Assembly: GCA_046726415.1 (NCBI GenBank)
Contig: JBKPAK010000103.1
Span: 1-64,000 of the forward strand
DNA length: 64,000 nt
Direction: 5' to 3'
Source: Candidatus Methylomirabilota bacterium
GTDB lineage: Bacteria > Methylomirabilota > Methylomirabilia > Rokubacteriales > CSP1-6
Below the pieces are notes generated by a model that did no database searches, was not told where the DNA came from, and saw only the letters and a list, made by a program, of their open reading frames with translations. Numbering within the stretch: the stretch's first letter is position 1; each line of letters starts with the position of its first letter. Below are positions 39,713-49,525 of this stretch, piece after piece. The translations under genes were made by a program, and so were the position numbers.

Positions 39713-40607
39713 AGGCGAGGTCGACGACGAGATTCATGACGGCGAGGAACGCCCCGTAGGAGAGGACCACGGCCATGATCATCGGATAGTCGCGTCCGGT
39801 CATCGAGAGCACGAAGAAGCGGCCCATTCCGGGCACCCGGAAGATCGACTCCACGAAGAACGAGCCGGTCCCCACTGCGGCGAACATCGGCCCCAGCAAG
39901 GTCACGATGGGGATCAGCGCGTTCTTGAAGGCGTGCTTGAGGATCACCGGCGCCTCGCCGAGTCCCTTCGCGCGCGCGGTCAGGGTGAAATCGGACCGGA
40001 TGACCTCCAGCATGCTCGCCCGCGTGAAGCGCGCGATGAGTCCCATGGGGGCCAGGGCGAGCGTCACGGTCGGCAGGATCCAGTTTCGCCACGAATCCCA
40101 GCCTCCCGTGGGAAACAAGGGCACGACGAACGAGAACAGGATGATCAGGAAGACAGCGAGGACGAAGTTGGGGACAGCAACCCCGAAGGTAGCGAGGGTC
40201 ACCGACACGTAGTCCCACATGCGATTCTGGTAGGTGGCGGCGAGCACGCCGAGGCTCACGCCCCCGGCGATCGCCAGGGCCAGGGCCATCGATCCGAGGA
40301 AGAGAGAAATAGGAAAGGTCTCGCGGAGGATCTCGCTGACCGTCCGCGTCTTGTAGACGAACGAGTTGCCGAAATCCCCGCACACCGCCTTGGCGACGAA
40401 GATGGCGAACTGTTGCCAGAGGGGTCTATCGAGCCCGTACGCCGCGGCCAGGTTTTTCTGGGCCTCCGGCGACAGTGGGTTGGCCCCCTCGGCCACGGGG
40501 TCCAGGGGGCTCCCCGGCGTAGCGTGCATCACGAGAAACGTCACCAGGGCCATGGCCAGGAGCGTGGGGACCAGCCACAGCATGCGCGAGACGGCGTATT
40601 GGATCAC
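39681..40607 (-). CDS. ABC transporter permease (OppB family)
   Basis: SDF..TARAKGL, DPRIRY; GGAGG RBS. Confidence 0.93.
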   Translation of the reverse strand: MIQYAVSRMLWLVPTLLAMALVTFLVMHATPGSPLDPVAEGANPLSPEAQKNLAAAYGLDRPLWQQFAIFVAKAVCGDFGNSFVYKTRTVSEILRETFPISLFLGSMALALAIAGGVSLGVLAATYQNRMWDYVSVTLATFGVAVPNFVLAVFLIILFSFVVPLFPTGGWDSWRNWILPTVTLALAPMGLIARFTRASMLEVIRSDFTLTARAKGLGEAPVILKHAFKNALIPIVTLLGPMFAAVGTGSFFVESIFRVPGMGRFFVLSMTGRDYPMIMAVVLSYGAFLAVMNLVVDLAYGALDPRIRY

Positions 40608-40699
40608 GCGAAGCCTCCGGGCGCCTCTGCGGCGAGGCCGATGCTCGCTACGGGTGCCTTACTATTCAGGCTCAGGCCCGGAGCAGTCAAGTATCGGAC

Positions 40700-40940
40700 T
40701 CATCGCGCCAACGCGACGCACGCCACCCCACCGAGGACGAGCCGCCCCCGCCAGGCGGGGACTGGCATGGCCTTCGCGCATGAGGAGGCTGCCGATCAGC
40801 ACCGAGAGGACGATCGACGTTTCGCGCGCAGCGACCACGTACCCGGCCTTCGACAGACGGAAGGCCAAGAGGACGAGGAGGTAGCTCGTGAGGTTCATGC
40901 TGGACGCCACCGCGATGGCTCGCGCGTTCACGCGCCACTC
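40700..40940 (-). pseudogene. C-terminal remnant of an EamA/DMT transporter
   Basis: SYLLVLLAF..SKAGYVVAARETSIV..VLIG...RE....RLAGA, then frameshifted LVLGGVACVALAR*; 5' part absent. Confidence 0.7.
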
Positions 40941-40987
40941 ACCGCAACGAGAACCTTTCGGTGGGTCAATGGCGAAAAAACCATCTA

Positions 40988-41016
40988 TTGACAGACATTT
41001 GTCGATCGGCTAGAGT
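40988..41016 (+). promoter_or_regulatory. Sigma70 promoter for a leaderless transcript
   Basis: TTGACA (40988-93), N17, TAGAGT (41011-16); ATG 6 nt later with no SD. Confidence 0.75.
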
Positions 41017-41022
41017 TCCCGC

Positions 41023-42156
41023 ATGATCACGGTTCCCGCGCACCGCGTCAAGCAATTCGGGGTGGAGTTCTATCAGGCGGGACTGTCCGTCAAGGACATC
41101 GACCGTCTGGTCAAGTTCGAGGTGCTCGGCTACGCAGGCGGTCCGAAGCCGGCCCAGCACGGCCCGAGCAAGGCGGCCGCGCGCTCCCGCGTCAACTGGG
41201 ACAGCCTCGAACGGCGAATCAGCGAGAGCGAGGCCGCCTATCAGCGTCCAGTCATCCGGCGCAAGATCGACGAGATCATCGCCTACTACCGGGAGTGCAA
41301 GGACTCCGCGACCCTGCCGGCCATCCCCGGCGCCGTCATCATCACCTCTGAGAAGCGCTTCACCTTCACGCCCGTGGCCGGCCACCACGATCTCGGCCTC
41401 CTGCAGATCCCCGAGGAGCACGGGGTGCTGCGCGTCCTCGACGGCCAGCACCGCCTGCTCGCGTTGCACGGGCTGAGCCAAGGCGGGAACAACCTCGGCA
41501 TCGAGGTGCCCGCCGTCCTGTTCGATTCGCTCGACGCGCGCCAGATCGTGGAGCTGTTCGTCACCATCAACGCCAAGCACACGCGCCTCAATCCATCGCA
41601 CATCATCAGTCTGGCCGGGCGCAAGCTCTATCCCGATCCCAACCAGGCGCTGGCCCACGACGTCATCCGCTCGCTGAACGAGGACGAGACGTCGCCCCTG
41701 CACGGCGAGATCAAGATGCTGGGCACCGGGCGCGGCCGCGTGAGCCAGGCGCCGCTGGCCGAAGAGATCGTCGATTTCTTCGAGACGGTGGAGAAGGTGG
41801 GAGGCGCGGGCAAGATCCAGGAGCTGCGCGGCGGCGCCAAGCGCTTCTTCCTCAACTATGTCAAGGCGCTCGCCGGCATCTTTCCCACCGCGTGGGCAGG
41901 GCGAAAATACTCCATCAAGACGGGCGCGGCCCTGCGCGCCTTCATCCGCGTGGCGCCCGACGTCATGGCGCGCGCCCGGGAGCTGCGGCGCGATCCGTTC
42001 GACCTGAACGCGATCCGCGAGGCCATTCGCCCCTGGGGCGACCGGCTGCGCGATCGCCGCTTCGAGACCGAGGGAGAGTGGAAACTGAAGCTCGCCGGGG
42101 GCACCCGGGGCACGGTCGAAGTTCTGACCCGCGAACTCCGCGACGCCCTGCGCTAG
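41023..42156 (+). CDS. DGQHR domain-containing protein (DndB/DpdB-like, ParB superfamily)
   Basis: YQR, LRVLDGQHRL, LFVTIN motifs. Confidence 0.88.
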   Translation: MITVPAHRVKQFGVEFYQAGLSVKDIDRLVKFEVLGYAGGPKPAQHGPSKAAARSRVNWDSLERRISESEAAYQRPVIRRKIDEIIAYYRECKDSATLPAIPGAVIITSEKRFTFTPVAGHHDLGLLQIPEEHGVLRVLDGQHRLLALHGLSQGGNNLGIEVPAVLFDSLDARQIVELFVTINAKHTRLNPSHIISLAGRKLYPDPNQALAHDVIRSLNEDETSPLHGEIKMLGTGRGRVSQAPLAEEIVDFFETVEKVGGAGKIQELRGGAKRFFLNYVKALAGIFPTAWAGRKYSIKTGAALRAFIRVAPDVMARARELRRDPFDLNAIREAIRPWGDRLRDRRFETEGEWKLKLAGGTRGTVEVLTRELRDALR

Positions 42157-42187
42157 GTCATCGAAGGGGCCCTCGAGGTCCCCCTCC

Positions 42188-42688
42188 TCAGGGACCGGCT
42201 TCCTCGTCTTCCAGCCAGGCGAAGTTCACGTCGAGAATCTCGAAGGTCTTCGCCCCTCCCGGAAGTTGCGCCTTCACGGTATCGCCGACCCTCTTGCCGA
42301 TGAGGGTGCGCGCCAGCGGCGCGAGAACCGAGATGCGCCCGCGCGCGGGGGCGGCCTCGTCGGAGCCCACGATCCAGTACCTGACGTCCTTCCCCGATTC
42401 ATCCTCGAGACGGACGGTGGACCCGAAGGTGACGCGATCGCCGGTCGTGGGGGGATCGATGACTTCGGCGTGACCGATCTTTCCCTCCAGATCGTTGATC
42501 CGTCCCTCGATGAAGCTCTGCTTCTCACGGGCCGCGTGATACTCGGCGTTCTCGCTGAGGTCGCCGTGCGCCCGCGCCTCGGCGATGGCCCGGGTGATCG
42601 CCGGGCGCTCCACGCGCTTGAGGCGGTCCAGCTCATCGCGCAGGCGCTCGAATCCCGTGCGCGTCATGGGTGTTCGCGGCGTCGACAT
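42188..42688 (-). CDS. greA: Transcription elongation factor GreA
   Basis: [26 protein letters not shown]. Confidence 0.95.
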   Translation of the reverse strand: MSTPRTPMTRTGFERLRDELDRLKRVERPAITRAIAEARAHGDLSENAEYHAAREKQSFIEGRINDLEGKIGHAEVIDPPTTGDRVTFGSTVRLEDESGKDVRYWIVGSDEAAPARGRISVLAPLARTLIGKRVGDTVKAQLPGGAKTFEILDVNFAWLEDEEAGP

Positions 42689-42735
42689 GCGCCTTACGTT
42701 AGCACGGTGTGCGGGGATGGTACGCTGGGGGCGCC

Positions 42736-44049
42736 ATGGTGCGTTCCCGGTGGTTCGCCCTCCTCGCGACGGCGCTCGCGCTGGCCGGGAGCGCGTGCAG
42801 TCGATCGCAGGCCGAGGCGCCCGCCAAGCCCGGGGGGGCGCCGGCCGCCGGACCGCGCGCCATTCCCATCACGGTCGGCCGCGCCGAGACGCGCGCGGTG
42901 CAGCGCTCCGTGGAGACGAGCGGGAGCCTCCTGGCCGGGGAGGAAATGCTCGCCAAAACCGAACAGTCTGGCACCATCGCCAAGCTCTTCGCCGATCTTG
43001 GCGATCGCGTCGCCGCCGGCGCCACCTTGGCCGAGTATGACCGCCGCGAATTCCAGCTGGCCGTGGATCAGGCGCAGGCGGACCTCAATGCGGCCCGCGA
43101 GGCTCTCGCCCGTTCCCAGGCCACGGCGGCGGCGACCGAGGCCTCGCTCCAGCGCGTGAAGGATAATGTGGCTTCCCTCGATGCCGACGTGGCGCGCGCC
43201 CAATCGCAGGTGGACTGGGCACGGTCTGAGCTCGAGCGGAATCAGCAACTGTTCGCCAAGGAGATCATCGCGGCCCGCGACGTGGACAATGCCCGCAATC
43301 AGTACAACACCGCGGCCGCCCAACTCACCATGATGAAGACGGCCGCCGCGCAGCATCCGGACCAGGTGCGGGTGGCCGAGGCCCAGCTGCGCTCCGACCG
43401 GGCCGCCGTGCGGGCTGCCGAGGCCACTGTGAAGCAGCGGGAGGCCGCGCTCGGCCTCGTCGAAAAGCGGCTGGGGGACACTCGAGTGAAGGCGTCCATC
43501 AGCGGCTCCATCGCCAAGCGTCACGTGTCCGCTGGTGAGTTCGTGAAGGACAACACGCCGCTCTTCACCATCGTCATCACCAATCCGCTCAAGTACGCCG
43601 GCACCGTGCCCGAGCGACAGGCCCCCGAGCTGAAGGTCGGCCAGACTCTTCGGCTGAGCGTCGAGGCCTATCCCGGCAAAGCGTTCACGGGGACGATCAC
43701 CCGCTTGGCCCCTGCGGTCGACGTGGCCACGCGCACCCTGGCCGTCGAGGCCCGCGTTCCCAACGACGCCAACGCGCTGCGGCCCGGCTTCTTCGCCAAG
43801 GGCAACGTCCTCACCCGCGAGGATCCCAGCGTGGTGGTGGTGCCCTCTGACGCCCTGATGAATGTGGTGGGCCTCAACAAGGTTTTCGTGATCGCCGACG
43901 GCAAGGCTCAGGAGCGCCAGGTGCGGCCCGGGGCCCGGCAGGAGGGCATCCTCGAGATCCTGCAGGGCGTGAAGGCCGGGGAGACGGTGGCTACCTCGAA
44001 CCTGCCAGCTCTCTACCACGGCGCCGCCGTCACCGTGGTCGCGCGTTAG
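42736..44049 (+). CDS. RND efflux periplasmic adaptor subunit (lipoprotein)
   Basis: Lipobox GSAC, long coiled coil, LRPGFF. Confidence 0.9.
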   Translation: MVRSRWFALLATALALAGSACSRSQAEAPAKPGGAPAAGPRAIPITVGRAETRAVQRSVETSGSLLAGEEMLAKTEQSGTIAKLFADLGDRVAAGATLAEYDRREFQLAVDQAQADLNAAREALARSQATAAATEASLQRVKDNVASLDADVARAQSQVDWARSELERNQQLFAKEIIAARDVDNARNQYNTAAAQLTMMKTAAAQHPDQVRVAEAQLRSDRAAVRAAEATVKQREAALGLVEKRLGDTRVKASISGSIAKRHVSAGEFVKDNTPLFTIVITNPLKYAGTVPERQAPELKVGQTLRLSVEAYPGKAFTGTITRLAPAVDVATRTLAVEARVPNDANALRPGFFAKGNVLTREDPSVVVVPSDALMNVVGLNKVFVIADGKAQERQVRPGARQEGILEILQGVKAGETVATSNLPALYHGAAVTVVAR

Positions 44050-44101
44050 ACGGCAGCCATGCGTGCCCATCGCTCGCCATGACCGTCGACCGCGGAGCGC
44101 A

Positions 44102-44165
44102 GCCCCGCGCGCCCATCACTTGCCACCTTCGGCTCGAGCCGTGCTAGCGCCCTCGTTACAATGAG
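44102..44165 (+). repeat. Single degenerate copy of the 65-bp start-codon-associated repeat
   Basis: GCCCCG..GCCACCTTCGGCTCGAG (16/17 to the unit) ...TCGTTACAATGA (11/12); supplies the ATG at 44161. Confidence 0.75.
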
Positions 44166-47100
44166 CCTGCTGGAAGTCTTCGTCCGGCGACCGGTCTTCA
44201 CGACCATGCTGATCACCTCGCTCGTGGTCCTCGGCCTGGCCTCGTTCGCCCAACTCGGTGTCGACATCTTCCCCAAGGTCGATCTTCCGACCATTACCAT
44301 CACCACGCGCCTGCCCGGGGCCTCTCCGGAGGAGATCGAGAGCCAGATCACCAAACAGATCGAGGAGGCCGTCAACACCATCGCTGGCCTCGACGAGCTG
44401 CGCTCCAGCTCCATCGAGGGGCAGTCGCAGGTCTTCGCAACCTTCGTGCTCGAGCGCAACGTGCAGGAAGCGGCCAATGACGTGCGGGAGAAGGTCAACG
44501 CCATCGTCTCCCGCTTCCCGCCCGGCACCGAGTCGCCCATCATCGAAAAGGCCGACCCCGATTCGTCCCCGGTCATGGCGGTGGTGGTCTCCGGCCAGCG
44601 CTCGGCGCGCGAGATCACCGAGATTGCCGACAAGCGGATCAAGCGTCAGCTCGAGACCGTCAAGGACGTGGGGGCCATCACCATCGTGGGCGGCCAACGG
44701 CGCGAGATCCAGGTCTTCGTGGATCCCGACCGCCTCTCCGGTTACGGTCTGAGCATCCCGCAGGTCAAGGATGCCCTGGCCCGCCAGAACGTAGAGATCC
44801 CTGGCGGACGAATCACGGGCGGGGACCAGGAGGAAGGTCTCCGGACGCTGGGGCGCATCGAGACGCCGGAGGGCTTCGAGAGTCTCATCGTGGCCGACCT
44901 CAAGGGCGGCCCCGTGCGCATCCGCGACATCGCCACCGTCGTGGACGGTGAGGAAGAGCCCCGCACGCTCTCTCGCCTGAACGGGCGCAACGCCGTGTCG
45001 CTGGTCATCCGCAAGCAGTCGGGTACCAACACGGTGGCCGTGGTGGACCGCATCAAAGAGCGGCTGGCCGAAGTCAACAAAGGCCTGCCCCAGGACATCA
45101 AGTTCGAGGTGGTACGCGACCTCTCGCGCTTCATCAAGCGCTCGATCCACGAGGTTCAGGACCACCTACTCCTCGGTGGCCTCCTGGCCAGTCTCATCGT
45201 GGCCATCTTCATCGGCAATCTGGTGTGGTGGGAGATTGCCGCGGTGGCCCTCATCGTCGCCACGGTGGGCGCCGCCTTCCTCACCGGCGACCCCGAACTG
45301 CTGCTGCGGGTGACGGGAATCTGCATCGTCATCACCATGGTCTTCTTCGGCGCGGTGCGGAAGCTGCGCCCGGCCTTCGTGGCCGCGCTGGCCATCCCCT
45401 GCTCCATCATCGCGACGTTCTTGGCCATGCGCATGGCCGGCTTCACCCTCAACAACCTGACCATGCTCGGGCTGTCGCTCTCCACGGGAATCGTCATCGA
45501 CGACGCCATCATCGTGCTGGAGAACATCTTCCGGCACATCGACGAGGAGCGGCGACCGCCGTTCGAGGCGGCCATCACCGGCACGCGAGAAATCGCCCTC
45601 GCCGTCACCGCCACCACCCTGTCGCTGGTCGTCATCTTCCTGCCCGTGGCCTTCATGGGTGGGCTGGTCGGCAAGTTCTGGAATTCCTTCGGGCTCACGG
45701 CGACGTTCGCCATCATGGTCTCTCTGCTCGTCGCCTTCACCCTCACCCCCATGCTGAGCGCCCGCATCTTCGCCGCCCAAGCGCCCCGCGTGGAAAAGCA
45801 GGGCGCACACGACCGCGAGGCCGGCGGCGTTTACCGCGCCCTCGAACGCGGGTACGAGGGACTCCTGGGCTGGTGCCTCCGGCATCGTTGGGTCGTCGTG
45901 CTGGTCAGCATCCTGATCCTCGTCTCAGGATGGTTTTTGCTGACCCGCTCCAAGCTCGAATTCGTGGTGGACGACGACATGAGCGAGTTCGAGGTGGTGG
46001 CGGAGGCTCCGCCGGGCTCGTCCCTCGCCCGCACGGCCGATCTGGTGGCCCGGATGGAGGCCGAGATCCGCAAGATCCCCGAAGTGACGGCGCTCTTTTC
46101 GACGATCGGCGTGCGGGGTCAGGCCCAGTCCACGGTGGGCGACATCTCGATCTACGTCGGCCTCAAGCCACTCCGGGAGCGCAGGCGCAGCCAGGAGGAC
46201 ATCAAACAGGAGGTCCGCCAGCGTTTAGGGGCATTCCCCGGCACGCGGGCGAGCGCTCAGCAGATCAACCTGATCAGCAGCGGCGGCTTCCGCCAGACTC
46301 CGTTCAGCATGGTCCTGCGCGGCCCCGACCTCGGCCGCCTGGAGACCTACGGCCGCGAGGTCATCCGCGAGCTGTCCAGCAAGCCGGGCTTCGTGGATCT
46401 GGACACCGCCCAGGCCTACCGCCAGCCCGAGGTCCAGGTGCACATCGACCGGCAGAAGGCCTCCGATCTCGGGGTGCGTGCCGATGCCATTGCCACCGCG
46501 CTGCGCACCATGGTCGGCGGGGAGAAGGTCGGCTTTTACCGGGAGGGCGGTGAGCAGTACGACGTACGGCTGCGCCTCAAGGAGAGCCACCGGAGCGCGC
46601 CGGGGCCCTTGCCCAACTTGATGGTCCCCGCCAGCGATGGAAGGCTCGTGCGTCTCGCGAACATCGCCGACTTCGAGCGCGGCATGAGCCCGGGGCAGAT
46701 CGAGCGATTTGCGCAGGAGCGGTCGGTCACCATCATCTCGAATCTCTATCGGAAGCCATTGGCCGAGGCCTTCAAGGACGCCTACGGATCGGTGGCCAAG
46801 CAGAAGATGCCACTCGAGTACGGCATCGTGACCACGGGGCGGGGCAAGCTCATGCAGGAGTCCGTCCAGAGCTTCCTCCTCGCCCTGGTCCTTTCCCTGG
46901 CCTTCATCTACATCGTCCTGGCCGCGCAGTTCGAGTCGTTCGTCCACCCGGTCACCATCATGGTCTCCATGTTCCTGGCCATCCCCTTCGGCCTCGTCAC
47001 CCTCATGGTCCTGGGCATGAGCCTCAACATCTACTCGATCATGGGGTTGTTCCTGCTCATGGGAGTGGTGAAAAAGAATGCCATCCTGCAGGTGGACTAC

Positions 47101-47445
47101 ACCAACGTCCTGCGCGGGCGAGGCATGCCAAGGCTCGAGGCGCAGATGGAAGCCGACCGCGCTCGGCTGCGACCCATTCTCATGACCACGCTGGCCATCG
47201 TGGCGGGGATGCTGCCCGTGGCCATGGGGCGCGGTGACGGTTCGGCCTCTCGTGCGTCGCTGGCCACGGTCGTGGTGGGCGGGCAGATTCTCTGCCTGCT
47301 GGTGACCCTCATCGTGACCCCGGTCATCTACTCGATGTTCGACGATATGAGCGGACTCCGCTTGTTCTCGTGGATCCGCTTTCCCCGCCTGCTCCGCCGA
47401 CGCAGCTGGGTGCCGGGCGGCGAGAGGGTCCCGGCCGGATCGTAG
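44161..47445 (+). CDS. RND efflux permease (AcrB/MdtB family)
   Basis: RRPVFT, GIVIDDAIIVLENI, KNAIL.VD, RLRPILMTT. Confidence 0.95.
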   Translation: MSLLEVFVRRPVFTTMLITSLVVLGLASFAQLGVDIFPKVDLPTITITTRLPGASPEEIESQITKQIEEAVNTIAGLDELRSSSIEGQSQVFATFVLERNVQEAANDVREKVNAIVSRFPPGTESPIIEKADPDSSPVMAVVVSGQRSAREITEIADKRIKRQLETVKDVGAITIVGGQRREIQVFVDPDRLSGYGLSIPQVKDALARQNVEIPGGRITGGDQEEGLRTLGRIETPEGFESLIVADLKGGPVRIRDIATVVDGEEEPRTLSRLNGRNAVSLVIRKQSGTNTVAVVDRIKERLAEVNKGLPQDIKFEVVRDLSRFIKRSIHEVQDHLLLGGLLASLIVAIFIGNLVWWEIAAVALIVATVGAAFLTGDPELLLRVTGICIVITMVFFGAVRKLRPAFVAALAIPCSIIATFLAMRMAGFTLNNLTMLGLSLSTGIVIDDAIIVLENIFRHIDEERRPPFEAAITGTREIALAVTATTLSLVVIFLPVAFMGGLVGKFWNSFGLTATFAIMVSLLVAFTLTPMLSARIFAAQAPRVEKQGAHDREAGGVYRALERGYEGLLGWCLRHRWVVVLVSILILVSGWFLLTRSKLEFVVDDDMSEFEVVAEAPPGSSLARTADLVARMEAEIRKIPEVTALFSTIGVRGQAQSTVGDISIYVGLKPLRERRRSQEDIKQEVRQRLGAFPGTRASAQQINLISSGGFRQTPFSMVLRGPDLGRLETYGREVIRELSSKPGFVDLDTAQAYRQPEVQVHIDRQKASDLGVRADAIATALRTMVGGEKVGFYREGGEQYDVRLRLKESHRSAPGPLPNLMVPASDGRLVRLANIADFERGMSPGQIERFAQERSVTIISNLYRKPLAEAFKDAYGSVAKQKMPLEYGIVTTGRGKLMQESVQSFLLALVLSLAFIYIVLAAQFESFVHPVTIMVSMFLAIPFGLVTLMVLGMSLNIYSIMGLFLLMGVVKKNAILQVDYTNVLRGRGMPRLEAQMEADRARLRPILMTTLAIVAGMLPVAMGRGDGSASRASLATVVVGGQILCLLVTLIVTPVIYSMFDDMSGLRLFSWIRFPRLLRRRSWVPGGERVPAGS

Positions 47446-47508
47446 AACCTGCCGCCCGAGGTGGACCCCCCAACGCTCGGGCCCCTCGTGGCGGCTGGCG
47501 CCTCGCGA

Positions 47509-49410
47509 TCAGCCTCGGCGGGGCGGCTGGACCCCGGGCGTGAGATCGACCTTGGCGCGGCTCATGGCCTCGCTCAGCCAGCTCTCCCAGGCCCGGCTCT
47601 GCTTCTGAGTGAGCACCTCGCGCGAGAGCTTCTCGCGCTCGCTCGCGAATGCACTCATATCGGCGGCGACGCGCTCGAGCACTTTGAGCACGTAGTAGCC
47701 CTGCGGCGTGCGGACGGGTTCGGTGACGCCGTTCAGCGGCGTCTGGAGGGCGGCGATCATGGCATCACCGGGGACCCGGTCGGCCGGCGTCTGGCGCGTG
47801 AACACCGGGGTCTCTCCGGTGACGGCGCCCGTCTTCTTGGCCGCTGCCGTGAAATCGCCGGCACGAGCGTCGGTGACGAGCTGCTTGGCCCGCTCGAGGG
47901 CCTGTGCCTCTGCTTTCTGGCGGCGTACGACCGTCGCGACCTTGTCGCGGATGTCGGCCAGGGGTGGTGTCGTTGCGGGAAGGCTCTCCACATTCTTCAT
48001 GACCACCCAACCGGCCGGGGTCTTCAGCGGCGCCGAGACGCCTCCTGGGGCCAGATTGAAGGCCGTCTCCTGCATGGAGTCGGCGGGCATGCCGGGAGTC
48101 GGCCGCTCCGGACGCTCGATCGTCGTCTCCAGCGGCGTGAGACCGCGGCCCTTGGCCTCGGCCATGAAGTCCTTGGCCGCCAAGAGCCCAGCACGCGCCT
48201 CGTCGGCCTTGGCCTTGGCCGCGCGGTCGGACGCCTCGGTCGCCAGCTTCGCGCCGATTTCACCCGCGACCGCCTCCTTGGGCTTTCGGCCACCCTCCTT
48301 GATGTCCGTCACCTTCACCGCGTGGTATCCGAAGGGCGTGCGGACCGGCTCGGGCGACACTTCACCCTTCTTCAGTTTGAAAAGTTCCTCCTCGAACTGC
48401 GGCACCATCTCACCTTTGGTCACGTACCCGAGGTCGCCACCGTTTGCGGCCGAGGCCGGGTCCTGGGAGAGCTCCCGGGCGAGCTTGGCGAAATCCTCCC
48501 CTGCTTTGACGCGGCGGATGATGTCGGCGACCGCCGCCTTCGCCTTGTCTTCCGCGTCACTGCCCCCGGCCTGGGAAACCGGGATGAGGATGTGCGCAGC
48601 GCGCGCCTGGTGCGGATTCTCGAACTCCTTGGGGTGCTCCTGATAGTACTTGTCGATCTCGGCCGGTGTGATCGAGGGCGTGAAATCCTTGGGGTTGAAG
48701 GCCACGTACTGAACGCGTCGCCGTTCGGGCAGCCGAAACTCGGCGGCGTGGCTCTCCAGGTATTTGGCTAGCTCATCGTCGGCGGGCGCGATCGCGGCGA
48801 TGATGGGCGTGAGATCGACGTGGGCCCACGCCGCCCGGACTCCCGCGCGCTGATGGGCAAAGACTCGCTCCACCTCCGCCTCGGAGACCTTGACCCCGCC
48901 CTTCACCATCGCTTCCACCTTTTGGCGGGTGAGCTGCCGCCGGGCCTCTTCCTCGAAGTGCGCCTTCGGCATGTTGCGCGCTTTGAGGAAGGCCTCATAG
49001 CGCTTCATGGAGAAGCGCCCGTTCTCGTGGAAGGCCGGCACGGCATGGACCCGCGCGTTCAGCTCCTCGTCGGTGACGGCGAGGCCCTCCCGCTTGGCGC
49101 GCTGAAAGACGACGGTCTCCTGGACCAGGTCGTTCACCGCTTGCTGCGGCAGTTGGAGCTGCTGCGCCATCTCAGGGCTGAAGCGCTCCCGGAGCATCTG
49201 GGCGTAGTGATCGTAGTAGGCGCGATACCGCCGTTCATAGCGGTCGACGGGAATGGCCTCCCCGTCGACCCTGGCGATGGCATCCGGCTGAACGCCACCG
49301 GGGCCAGCGCCGAAGACCACCACGGAGGTGATGACGAAGGCCGCGATGACGACGAGCAGGCCGATCTGAAGCGTCTTCCGATAGTTCCGCATTACCGTGA
49401 TCATCTGCAC
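47509..49410 (-). CDS. PpiD/SurA-like membrane-anchored peptidylprolyl isomerase
   Basis: N-terminal TM, SurA-N domain, parvulin motifs AHILI, F..LA...S.D, GGDLG, TPFGYH. Confidence 0.9.
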   Translation of the reverse strand: MQMITVMRNYRKTLQIGLLVVIAAFVITSVVVFGAGPGGVQPDAIARVDGEAIPVDRYERRYRAYYDHYAQMLRERFSPEMAQQLQLPQQAVNDLVQETVVFQRAKREGLAVTDEELNARVHAVPAFHENGRFSMKRYEAFLKARNMPKAHFEEEARRQLTRQKVEAMVKGGVKVSEAEVERVFAHQRAGVRAAWAHVDLTPIIAAIAPADDELAKYLESHAAEFRLPERRRVQYVAFNPKDFTPSITPAEIDKYYQEHPKEFENPHQARAAHILIPVSQAGGSDAEDKAKAAVADIIRRVKAGEDFAKLARELSQDPASAANGGDLGYVTKGEMVPQFEEELFKLKKGEVSPEPVRTPFGYHAVKVTDIKEGGRKPKEAVAGEIGAKLATEASDRAAKAKADEARAGLLAAKDFMAEAKGRGLTPLETTIERPERPTPGMPADSMQETAFNLAPGGVSAPLKTPAGWVVMKNVESLPATTPPLADIRDKVATVVRRQKAEAQALERAKQLVTDARAGDFTAAAKKTGAVTGETPVFTRQTPADRVPGDAMIAALQTPLNGVTEPVRTPQGYYVLKVLERVAADMSAFASEREKLSREVLTQKQSRAWESWLSEAMSRAKVDLTPGVQPPRRG

Positions 49411-49525
49411 TCCTTCAGTCGTGCGACGCCCGGGGGCGAGCCCGGGCCGATCCAGCGCAAGGCGGCCGCGCCCCTTCGCGCTCCCTGGTCAGACCGCCCC
49501 ACCGCGGCCGGAACCGCCGGGCGAC

